A stretch of 63,398 nucleotides of DNA, the filler included, from Octopus bimaculoides (lineage: Eukaryota), in the NCBI RefSeq assembly GCF_001194135.2. It is 7 parts of 5 records of this genome, joined end to end, with 100 filler letters (N's around TTAATTAATTAA, not from the genome) between each part and the next. Parts side by side here need not be neighbours in the genome. Positions count along the whole stretch, not along the records: positions 1 to 17,590 come from NC_068982.1; 6 more parts are not named here. One strand, written 5' to 3'. Of this stretch, positions 1 to 10,135 are shown piece by piece (the first letter of the stretch is position 1; each line of letters starts with the position of its first letter). Below the pieces are notes generated by a model, which had not been told where the DNA came from, did not search any database, and saw only the letters and a list, made by a program, of their open reading frames with translations. Made by a program: the position numbers and the translations under genes.

Positions 1-74
1 ATATATATATATATAACTATAAGCTTCTAACTTAATTTATGTCTCTTTACAAATTAACATTTTCTAATTACAGA

Positions 75-1125
75 TTGTTCAAAGATGTCCCCAGGGTGGT
101 GACCACCATGGACTGCTGGTCAGTCTACAACAGATCCTACCTGGGGATGATGGCACACTGGCTGGGCCCCAAAACCCACATGAGACAACACGCAATCCTG
201 GCTTGCTCTTGGCTCAGAGGACATCAGACCTTGATGTTCTTGCCTAAGGCCATGGTGGACACCCATTACAAGTTCCATCTACAAGACAAGGTGACCAGGA
301 CCGTGATGGACAATAGCAAAAACTTTGTTAAGACATTTATGCAGTTTGGTAGAAAAGTTGCTAGACTCTTGCCAGACATTCCTAAGGCTGCTGCCAATCC
401 AAACATGGAGGACACTGAGGATGTGGACCTGCATGTGGATCCCAAGGCTGGGGATGTGGACGAAATTGAGTACGTCTCTGTTGATGCCATCCTTGATGAG
501 TCCAGTGGCCTGGGCTTAAACTTGCCAGTGCACACGAAGGCCCATACCTTCAAACTGGTAACCAAGGCCCATACCTTCAAATTGGTAACCAAGGCCCATA
601 CCTTCAAACTGGTGACCAGCGTGAATGCCGACAAGGCATCACAAAAAGGTTTGTGCTCCTCTTAGAAGATCTATAGTGACAGCTAGCTGCTGCCTTCCAT
701 CCCAAGTTTCACCCGTTCTAGCTGGAGCAGTATAATAATAACCAGGTTAGCAGAGTAACGAACGCCATGGAAACCGTCATAGAGACAGCCCTAATGGAGA
801 CCAATGAAGAAGGCAGCAGCACCAGCAGCAATAAGGATGAGGAAGATGATTTCTTCAGCAACATCACTCAATTCCAGGAGAGCAGGAGCCACAGGTCACT
901 GAAATCCAAGGCACAGAACTTGGTGAAGAACTGGCTGGAGGCCATCTCGAAGAAGGTCCTGACTGAAGTCTTGATCAATCTGTTCACCAAGTATAACACC
1001 ACCATCCAGTGCTGTAGTTGAGTGCCTATTCTCTATAGGCAAAGATAGTTTGAGGGCCAAGAGAGCCAGCCTGTCAGGTGGTAACTTTGAGAGGCTGATG
1101 TTTATGAAGGGCAACCAAATCCAAA
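75..1125 (+). mobile_element. Decayed hAT-superfamily transposase
   Basis: TTMDCWS..RSYLGMMAHW (first catalytic D region), VMDNSKNFVK, an HTFKLV version of the HxLNL motif, and a frameshifted C-terminal dimerisation block (KYNTTI..SAVVECLFSIG..LRAKRASLSGGNFERLMFMKGN). Stops and frameshifts present. Confidence 0.8.
537..617 (+). repeat. 27-bp tandem repeat x3 (KAHTFKLVT) inside the hAT remnant
   Basis: aaggcccataccttcaaa(c/t)tggt(a/g)acc occurs three times in tandem. Confidence 0.9.
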
Positions 1126-1214
1126 ACCAGGAGAAAACACAAACATGAGCAAAGAAAGGAAAAAAAGGAGACAAAGAGGAAGAAAGAAAAGCAGAAAAAC
1201 ATTAATGCAACACC

Positions 1215-1910
1215 AAGTGCATCAGCTGGTCACAAACCACAAGATTCAACGGAACCTACTGAAGCAAGCCAACATGCTTGTGGCATTACAATGGGCAATG
1301 GCAGGGTTAAGGTATTAGAACAGGCAAGTGCCTTCACAAGCAGTACCCCAAACGCCTTGGTGAGGCAAACCATCAATGATGACAAGAGCTTCCCTGTTAG
1401 CAGCCTTGCCCTTCCAAACATCTCAAACACCACAGGCTGAAAGAAATGGTTCACGGACAAGACCCAGTAGTTAAGGATTTTGTTCCGTTTAGCTACAGAA
1501 GCAGTGACCATCACATTTCCTGCAGAATCCAGGATGTAGGAAGCAGCAAAGGAGTCAGAGACTGTGACATCCCAGATGAGACACCTACCTCTTACCCAGG
1601 GACAAAAAATAAGACCATTTCTTCCCATCACTTCCACAACTGAAAGGATTTTAACCTGAGCCAGGGCCCACTTAATGATTAAGAAAGAGAAAAAAAACAT
1701 TGGTGTGACAAGCAAAACAACCAGCATTTAGGCAGTAAGACAAACCATGGAAGCCTGTGACGGCTTATCACAGCACCATCTCAGACCCCCAACTCTGAGT
1801 GCAATGGAGACGCAGAGCTCATCCAGGCTGAGTAGACCACCAATGTTGACCACAGGCAGGGCATCAATCCAGTCCTCCGAGACACCTTGAAAACTGATCA
1901 GATTTATGAG
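1215..1910 (-). mobile_element. 3' fragment of a CRE-like non-LTR retrotransposon (restriction-like endonuclease region)
   Basis: Minus frames give WIDALPV.NIG..L...E..VSIALRVG, PW.RGRCLIWDVTVSDSFAASY and FFQPVVFEMFG, matching the PDG..PW..G..L.WDVT..DT / F.P..FET.G pattern of CRE-type RLE domains. Confidence 0.7.
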
Positions 1911-2344
1911 AGAGTTCTCCATATTTTCAATTCAAATGATCACCAGGTACATAATGACTAGTACTTTTCCAACCATGAAAGAGGAACAGCAAAGATGAAT
2001 ATTCTGCAGGATTTGAACTCAGAATGTCAAGAGTCAAAAATAAACACAGCAGACATCTAACAAGCTGCAAAACTCACACCACTACACTATGCCTCCCTAA
2101 TTATTTAGTGTTTAATAAAAGGGTCTGACATGAGAGATGGCTGGAATAAAATTTTTTGAATGCATTATTTCATTTTTTTTGCCTCAACTTGTCTCTGGGT
2201 AATGTCAATAGAGTCCTTGAGAGGGTCTATGAGGTGTCATGCAAACCTTATTGGGCCTAAGACTTTGCAAAGGCATTGTTGACTTTTTCCTTTACATGTG
2301 TATTGCTTCTTTCTCTCTCTCTCGCTCCCTTTTTTTCTTAAATA

Positions 2345-2490
2345 CATCATCATCATCATCGTTTAACGTCCGCTTTCCATGCTAGCATGGGTTGGACGAT
2401 TTGACTGAGGACTGGTGAAACCAGATGGCTACACCAGGCTCCAATCTGATTTGGCAGAGTTTCTACAGCTGGATGCCCTTCCTAACGCCA
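2345..2490 (-). mobile_element. RTE-LINE 3' end / RTE-tailed SINE-like copy
   Basis: (CAT)n tail followed by gtttaacgtccgctttccatgctagcatgggttggacg..ggatgcccttcctaacgcca. The same block recurs at 13840, 42455, 44500, 55015 and 57370, and is the 3' end of the LINE at 44500-46050. Confidence 0.85.
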
Positions 2491-2599
2491 GCTGTAATTT
2501 GAAAGTCCTTGGTGATGGGAAGCATGCAGACCTGACAGATTGGAAGCTTGTAGTCAGCGACCTGCATGTAGGGAGCCCATGTTAGATATAAAGTCATCT

Positions 2600-4995
2600 C
2601 CTTGTCACCAAAGACAGTGACGGGATTTGGTTGCTGCATGGGTATCTGAGCAGCTCCATTTGGGGAGGGCACTGCTCACCCAGAGGCCAGGGAGGTTCCA
2701 GAAAAGGTGAACCAAAAATTGCCTGTCTTTCACAACTGATAGATGTCCATCTTGCGCTTGAAAAGCAAAGAGAATACTTATAAAATCTTGAAGAGTGACT
2801 GTAGGCTTGAAAGATGCACTGCACTTGTTGCTTGCAAGTTGAACCGTTATAACACTGATATAGCTGCACTTTCAGAAATTCATGTAGAAGGTGATGGTCA
2901 GCTTGAGAAAGTAGGAGGTGAATACACCTTTTTTTTTGGAAGGGGAAACCAAAGGAGTACAAAGAGGCTGTTGTTGGCTTTGCAGTTTGATCTGAAATCT
3001 TTAAGAATTTGGAGGAGCTTCCTGTTCTTATAAATGAACATCTAATGACTCTACATTTGCACCTGAGAAGTGGGCAGTTTGCTACTTTAATAAGTGCCTA
3101 TGCACCTACTCTGACTAATTGTGATGAAGATAAAACTTTTTTCTATACCCAGTTGAGAGCCATACTTAGGAAAATCCCCAATTCTGATGAAGTCACTCTG
3201 CTGGGGGATTTCAATGCCAGGGTTGGAACAGATTGGACGTTTTGGTATAGGGAAGATGAATAAAAATGGTCTCATGTTTCTGGAGCTTTGTGAGGAATAT
3301 GGACTTTACATTGCAAGCACTCATTTCATGCACAGGGGTGATCACACAACAATGTGGATACATCCAAGGTCTAAAGTTTGACACTTACTGAACTATCATT
3401 TGCAAGCATGACATTTTGTGATGTCAAGTCCTTTCATGGTTCAGAGCACTGGACAGACCACAGCCTGGTGCAAGCAAAGCTCCAGATGATGATCAGAATG
3501 AAAGAAAGAAGAGGACCAGTTGGCATTCCTCAGTGTCTGAATGTCCATAAGATATATGATGCTGTGATGAGGAAAGAGCTTCAGAATCCAGCATTGAAAA
3601 TACTACAACATGGGAAGATTTTCGAGACCAAGTTTTTCAATGTGCTGCTGAAACACTGGGATGTGCTACTGCCAGACACAGAGACTGGTTTGATAAAAAT
3701 GATGCTGAAGTTCAGTGACGATTGGTTGTAGAGTACCATGCCCTCAATGTATTGCTGCACAGAGGACTTTCAGCTGTTCCGCAAAATTTAGCACTGGCCC
3801 ACAACAGCAGTGTAAAATCACTATTGTAGCAATCTCTCAGGAAGGTGCAGAACACCAGGTGGGAGGGTCTTGCTCATGATGTTTAGGCTGCTGCTGATGC
3901 AAATGACAGCAAGAAGCTTTACCATCTTATGAAGCAAGTTTATGGGCCTAAGAGCTCTACATCAGCTCCTTTGCATTCCAAGGAGTCTTCCACTCTATTT
4001 ACTAAACCAACAGAGATCACGGGTCGCTGGATTGAACATTTTTCTGAACTCCTACACCACGAGTCATTTGTGGACAAAGCAATGACTAACACTATGCACA
4101 AGAGACCTGTCATTTGCTCTTTAAATTCCATACTCTTAATAGATGAAGTAATGACAGCAAAAAGTGGATTGAATCTTGGTAAGGCACCTGGTAAGGATGG
4201 TATTTGTGCTGAGGTCCTGTAATTTGGTAGTGATCACATCACACAGTCCCTTCATGAACTTATTAGTGTAATTTGAAGGGAAGGTACAATGTCTAAGGAC
4301 TGGAAAGACGCAATTATTCTTCCTCTCTATGAAAGAAAGGGAGCCAGAGTAGAGTGTAGCAACTACAGAGCTATTGTTCTACTGTCAGATCCTGGCAAGT
4401 ATTCTTCTTACCTGCCTGAATAGGTGTCTTGTAAATGATGTCCTATCTGAATCTCAATGTGGTTTCCGATCTGGAAGAAGGACAATGGATATGATTTTCA
4501 CAGCAAGACGGATGCAGGAGAAGTGCTAGCACCAGTTACGTTGGACTGGACACCTTGTTAGAATGAATGATAGCAGGATCCCTAAACAGATGCTATATGG
4601 GGAACTTGTTTGTGGAAAGCAACCCTGGCAGAAGCCAAGACTGCAATTTAAGGAGTGCGTAAAGTCCTCGTTAAAGGCCTGTGAAATGTGGGAGGTGACT
4701 GGGAGAGCAATGCTTGTCATCACCACGAATGGCAGAAACAGGTAAAGGAAGGATACCTTTGAAAGAGCACACATTCTTCATGAAGAATTCAAGTGTGCTG
4801 CTCGAAAATGCACTGCTAGTGTAATGAATAGAGAAAGCTTGGTCTGCAATGCTTGCAGTCATGTATGTTTGTCAAAAGCAGGGCTTGTTGGTCACCAACA
4901 TAGATGCAAGTGTGAAGTATAAGGTAGTCTTGAACACACAATGTTCTTAATGGTCAGTACTGGTTTTCCTCAGTCATGAGTGGATGGCCATCATC
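2600..4995 (+). mobile_element. Degenerate RTE-clade LINE (APE endonuclease + partial RT), internally deleted
   Basis: APE motifs DIAALSE, ATLISAYAPT, LLGDFNARVG, TDH.LV. RT start KAPGKDGI.AE and QCGFRSGRRTMDMIF. C-terminal LRWTGHLVRMNDSRIPKQMLYGEL and a C2H2-like CNACSHVCLSKAGLVGHQHRC. Many stops and frameshifts. Confidence 0.9.
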
Positions 4996-6182
4996 ATGTA
5001 TGTATGTATGTGTATATATATATATATATTATGTTCAGTTATAATAAAAACATTTCGTCTTTGTAATTTTTTGCAAGAATCCTGTTGTAAAATCGTGTGA
5101 TGAATCAGAAATTGTTATATTTGGAGATGGTCATGAAAAGACAGAATGGATTAAACAGAACAGGAGGTTATATGTGGGATGGAGAGTTGCTGAAGAGGTC
5201 ACAGCATGTGTGACGAAAGATTTACAAAAGACACTAAAATAAGAATAATAAGAATAAAACTTAGCTGAAGACCAAGGATATATTGTGTTAAATTTGGCAA
5301 AAACACGATCATCCCCAAATATAATAATATAATAAAAACAATTTTACATTGATTTGATGGGTTACTCTATTTTTGTAGAGTGCGAATTTATTATTCTTAT
5401 ATAAGAATGCTGACAGTGACTTCGAAGTTTTGGCCAGTTCAACGATGGCTTTGCTAACTGAAATCTCGTAGTCACTGTCAACATTCTAATGTAAGAATAA
5501 TAAATATCTATTTCTCTTTCTATACACATACGCACGCACACAATCTACCATCACTGGGGACATTCAAATTTCATAGGTTCCCCACTTCATGAATTTATAT
5601 TTCCGCTTCAAAAGACAGTAATTAGCCTGAATAGAAACAAGTTTCTAAACAGAGACGTATGAATTCTAAATTATGAGACGAGCGAAAAAAGCTGTTCGTG
5701 ACATTTCTAGATTCACTATCTTCACTTTCACTTTCGTCTTGATTTGCCGAATTTAATTTCTGGATGGCTTTCAAGTGTTTAGCTACGCATACATACACAC
5801 ATACATATATACACGCACACATACATAAATTCGCACATATATGTCATGTTATGTTATGTGTGTGCGTGTATGTATGTGTCTGTGTGTATATATATTTATA
5901 TTTTTGTGTGTATGTATCTGGAGATTAGACACTGTAATTTGAGAAAGAAATGGAATAAACCAACCGATAGGACAGAATTCAAACACAACAGCCACTCTCT
6001 TTTATTTTCCCATCGTAAATTGGTCTTTATGATATCTAAAATAATTAGAATTTTAGCAGTTAATTGTGCGTGTGTATGTATGTGTGTATCTATGTGCGTA
6101 AATGTGTGTATGTATGTCTGTATACACGTACCAATGATGATTATGTTATTAAATGGAAATTATTAAAGGACCTTTAACTTAC

Positions 6183-6276
6183 CGAACATCCTCAAATGCA
6201 TGTTGGTGACAGGGTTAAAAGATCCACAAGCAATTAAAACCACCCGTGTCGGTGACTGTGTTAATGGTAAGGCCAT
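6183..6276 (-). CDS. NMNAT: Nicotinamide mononucleotide adenylyltransferase (NMNAT1/3-like), first coding exon
   Basis: Minus strand ctattgctatcag|AC ATG...TTC G|gtaagt encodes [31 protein letters not shown](E). This is the GSFNPxTxxH nucleotidyltransferase motif, with the phase-1 intron where vertebrate NMNAT1 has it. Too short for the ORF track. The next exon was not found, so it probably lies left of the window. Confidence 0.93.
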
Positions 6277-6952
6277 GTCTGATAGCAATAGATAATTATT
6301 AGTAGCTGTTATATTAGTATATACGACAGATATAGATCAGTAATAGTAGGTAATATATATATAGCAGAGATCAGAGATAAATATAATCAAGCAGTTATAC
6401 AGAGAAGAGAGAAATAGACGAGAGTCCAGGGGCTTGACTTCACAACAAATGTGTTTCTACAACGTTTGGGATGTTTTTAACTGAATCGGTTAAAATAAGC
6501 TACCGGGTGTCTCAGTGTGGTTTCCCTTGTAAATTATGAATACATTGCGTCACCAACAAACAAAAGTAACTTGGTCGACGGTCAATGTTTGCGGTTTTTT
6601 CTTTAAAGTTCCAGTTACGTATTTCTATAACATTTTCATCAGTAGTAAGACTATTTAATGGTTAATGTCCATTATGGATATTTGGCATTCTTTCGTTCCA
6701 CGTGCTTCGTTGACGTGAATGCTGGCACTAACGAAAGAATAGTTAAATTGTCGAGATAATATCGATGTGTTTTGATTGTTTTTGTAGCCTGTTACTTGGT
6801 GCGCGCGTGCAACAGTTTCATTCATGTGTGTGTGTGTGTGTGTGTGTGCGTATAACTCTCTCTCTCTCTCTCTCTCTCAGTTTAGTCCGAAATAGATGCT
6901 AACAATCACTAATTACTGATTTCAGCAATAAAATGCCTCCCAACGAATGTCG

Positions 6953-6987
<35 letters not shown>

Positions 6988-7614
6988 NNNNNNNNNNNNN
7001 NNNNNNNNNNNNNNNNNNNNNNNNNNNNNNNNNNNNNNNNNNNNNNNNNNNNNNNNNNNNNNNNNNNNNNNNNNNNNNNNNNNNNNNNNNNNNNNNNNNN
7101 NNNNNNNNNNNNNNNNNNNNNNNNNNNNNNNNNNNNNNNNNNNNNNNNNNNNNNNNNNNNNNNNNNNNNNNNNNNNNNNNNNNNNNNNNNNNNNNNNNNN
7201 NNNNNNNNNNNNNNNNNNNNNNNNNNNNNNNNNNNTTTTTTTTTTTTTTTTTTTTTTTTGTATGTATATATTGATGTTGGAAAGAGTTAAACTGAAAATA
7301 TACACACACTGACACATACACACACACATTCTTGTGTGTTTGTGATCGGGTAGAGAGAGAGAGAAGAGAAGAAAAAGAAAGAGATTGAGTGTTCTAAATA
7401 TGGCACAAACCTTAATAAGTCATTGGGTCATCACTAAATACAATTTTCTTTTTTTCTTTTTTGCAGCATTGTATAAAATAGTTTACGCGATAATCACTGA
7501 ATTATTTTTTCCAGAAAGTCCAATGGTGACCTCCACTCCATATCAGTTGGTTGTATTCTGCAACAACTCACAGTAAAAGTGTGTCTGTCCTCGGTTTCTA
7601 ACTGCCTGTCCACT

Positions 7615-9620
7615 GAATTTTTCCCAACTCAGCTAGGGGGGTGGGGGTGCAATGCTAGGTTGTGAGGGGCTGCTGCTAATGCCACTAGGGTTTTCACTAA
7701 GTTGCCTTCTAAGTCTCCAAAGGTCATCTTCAAACTAGACTTCAGGGATGCCTTCAATTCCATCACTCAGGATGTCATCCTCCATGCAATAGGGGGAAAT
7801 GCTCTATAGCCCAATCAGTTTGCTTGGTAATCTCATCAGGAACCCTCCTATCTCTCTTTTGGTGACCAACTCATCCCATCTGCCTCTGGAGTCCAACAGG
7901 GTGACCCACTAGGACCAGCTCTATTCGCACTGGGTATTGACCATGTTACCAAGATGGAAGCTGGCCTGGACTTGAATGTTTGGTAACTTGATGATGCTTG
8001 TTTGGGAGGGCCCTCCTGATAGGGTCCTTGCAACTGTGAGGACAATGATTGAGGAACTTGGTCGTAGGGGCTTTAGCATCAACAGTCCCAAATGCAAGCT
8101 CTGGCTCCTCAACCCTCCAGATTCACATTAGCAGACTGTAAACCTGTTTACAAACTCCTTCCCCTCTATCACGGTTCTTCCGTCATCAGCATGGAGCTCT
8201 CCAGAGTCCCAATTATTGTCACAGCTTTCTTAAGCTATACGTAAACAAACGAGTAGAGATGAGTATGCATTTACTAAAGGTTTATTACTTTAGGTACAAT
8301 AGGGCTTAAGTCGTCAGTTATTTTTGTATAGTTCCCTTAGATTCTTTTCAGCTACGTCACTGAGTCTTCTGTTATCATTCTCCTCCCAGAAGTCCTTTTC
8401 TTTCCAGCTGACCAACTTCCGAGCTAGCCCACAGCGAAGTATCCGTATACAGTTCGTTTGCCACGAATCCTACCCTACACCATCTTTCAATCCATGATGG
8501 TTAACCTTGAGTAACTTTTAAAAAAACCTTGAGGTAATGGAGCCCCACCAAGGTTTTTTTTACACTTAGGAATTACTTATAGATTCCTAAGTTATAGTAT
8601 TTTGTCAGCATTAGTCCCTCTTATAGATTTTCATCATCTCTCCAATGCCAATCTAATATTCAGGGAACTCAAATGTTTGGTCAATGTCAGACTCTCTCTC
8701 TAGAGTCCTGCAACAAGGCTCCTTAGCCCAAATGGTTTCTGTGTCTAAGTTTGCGCAAGTGCTTGTCTCTATCTCTTCCCTCCATCCATGCTTGCTTCCC
8801 TTCGGTAGGCAACATCCTCTCTTTTCCAACATGGACTAGTTCCAACAGGAAGATGGATGAAACTCTGTTACAGTGAGAGAGCTGGGTTTGTCAGTTCCTG
8901 TTACAGTTGAGGAGAGATGGAAGCAGAAAATATGAAGCAGTCTGCATTCAGGTGCCACTTTCGACTCTTTCCTTGATCAATTTTCAAGGTGTCACCTACT
9001 TTCTGCAGGTGTGAAATTCTCAGGGAACTGGATTAACGTCTTGCCTGTGGCCAACTTTGGAGGAGGTCTACTCAGACTAGATGAGCTCTGCATCATCATT
9101 GCACTCAGAGTGAGAGCCAACACTTGTGGGGGGCTGAGATGTCACTGTATTAGGTACCTCAACTCCACAGATCTTTACAGTGTCTTGCCACCTAAATGCT
9201 GGTCATTTCACATGTCATACTGGGCTGTGGCTCAGGTTAAAATCCCTTCAGTTCTGGAGCTGATGGGATTATCTAGAAGTGATGGGAAGAGACCAGATGG
9301 CCTTACCCTTTGTCCCTCACCTGGGACGCCACACAATCCGTTACTCCCTCCCATATCCTAGATGCTGTAGTAAATGGGATGGTCACTGCTTCCATAGCTG
9401 AACAGAGCAAAATCCTTGCGACCTGTCAGTGAACCATTTCTTCCAGCCTGTGGTATTTGAGATGCTCGGAGGCAGTGGGCCACTAACGGTGAAGTTCTTG
9501 TCATCGTTAGTGTCAAGTGATGTCCATGTGCAGACTTGGCTGTTCCAACACCTTAGCCGCACCATCACCCATGGTAATACTGCAAGCGTGTTGGCTTGCT
9601 TCAGTAAGTTCCATTGAATT
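7615..9620 (+). mobile_element. CRE-like non-LTR retrotransposon remnant (RT + RLE), interrupted
   Basis: KLDFRDAFNSI, SASGVQQGDPLGPALFALGI and W*LDD RT motifs at 7.7-8.0 kb. GNWINVLPV..GLLRLDE, LSRSDGKRPDGLTL.P, FFQPVVFEMLG and QHLSRTITHGNTASVL at 9.0-9.6 kb. Confidence 0.8.
8217..8636 (-). mobile_element. Possible solo LTR inserted in the CRE-like element
   Basis: About 420 bp of unrelated sequence splits the CRE copy. It has TG...CA ends and a minus-strand AATAAA near its 3' end. No clean target-site duplication seen. Confidence 0.3.
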
Positions 9621-10039
9621 TCTGAGTAGATTCAAACACAAATATATGCAGCCATCTTTTTTTTTTTAGTGCTGCACCAACTAATGGTGAAACCCATCTT
9701 GTGGAAGCCATTAACATTTTGAATTGTAAAAGATTGATAGTTGCAATAGCGACATTAGTCTCTTTCTATCACCTTTCAACAGCATTATATATTAAGGAAC
9801 AGTAGAACGATTAACAACATAATAAAAATAAGTTTTATTTTTGATGATGCTTGGTTTTACAAATCCTGTGTCATTCAGCTTAGCAGCCGCTAATTAAGTT
9901 CTAAATGGAATTGGAAGGTTAAGAGCTTCCTTGATGCATGCCAGAGGAGCAAATAGCCATCATATCGATAGCATCGTGGTGAAAAGTGCTTCGTTGAGGA
10001 GCAAGGTGTTGTCACGTCGAAGGTATCGTGCTGAAGAGA

Positions 10040-10135
10040 CTTACAAAGTGAAACAAACTCTTTAAGTACTAGTTTTACTACGCATGCGCACTCAAGGGGC
10101 TTCTGGAAAGGCAAGTCCATTGCGCATGTGCAGAT
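10040..10135. promoter_or_regulatory. Putative promoter with two NRF-1-like sites; possible non-coding exon 1 of NMNAT
   Basis: acgcatgcgca (about 10080) and tgcgcatgtgca (about 10121) match the GCGCATGCGC consensus in a CpG-enriched patch. A minus-strand GTAAGT donor lies at about 10043. Confidence 0.45.
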
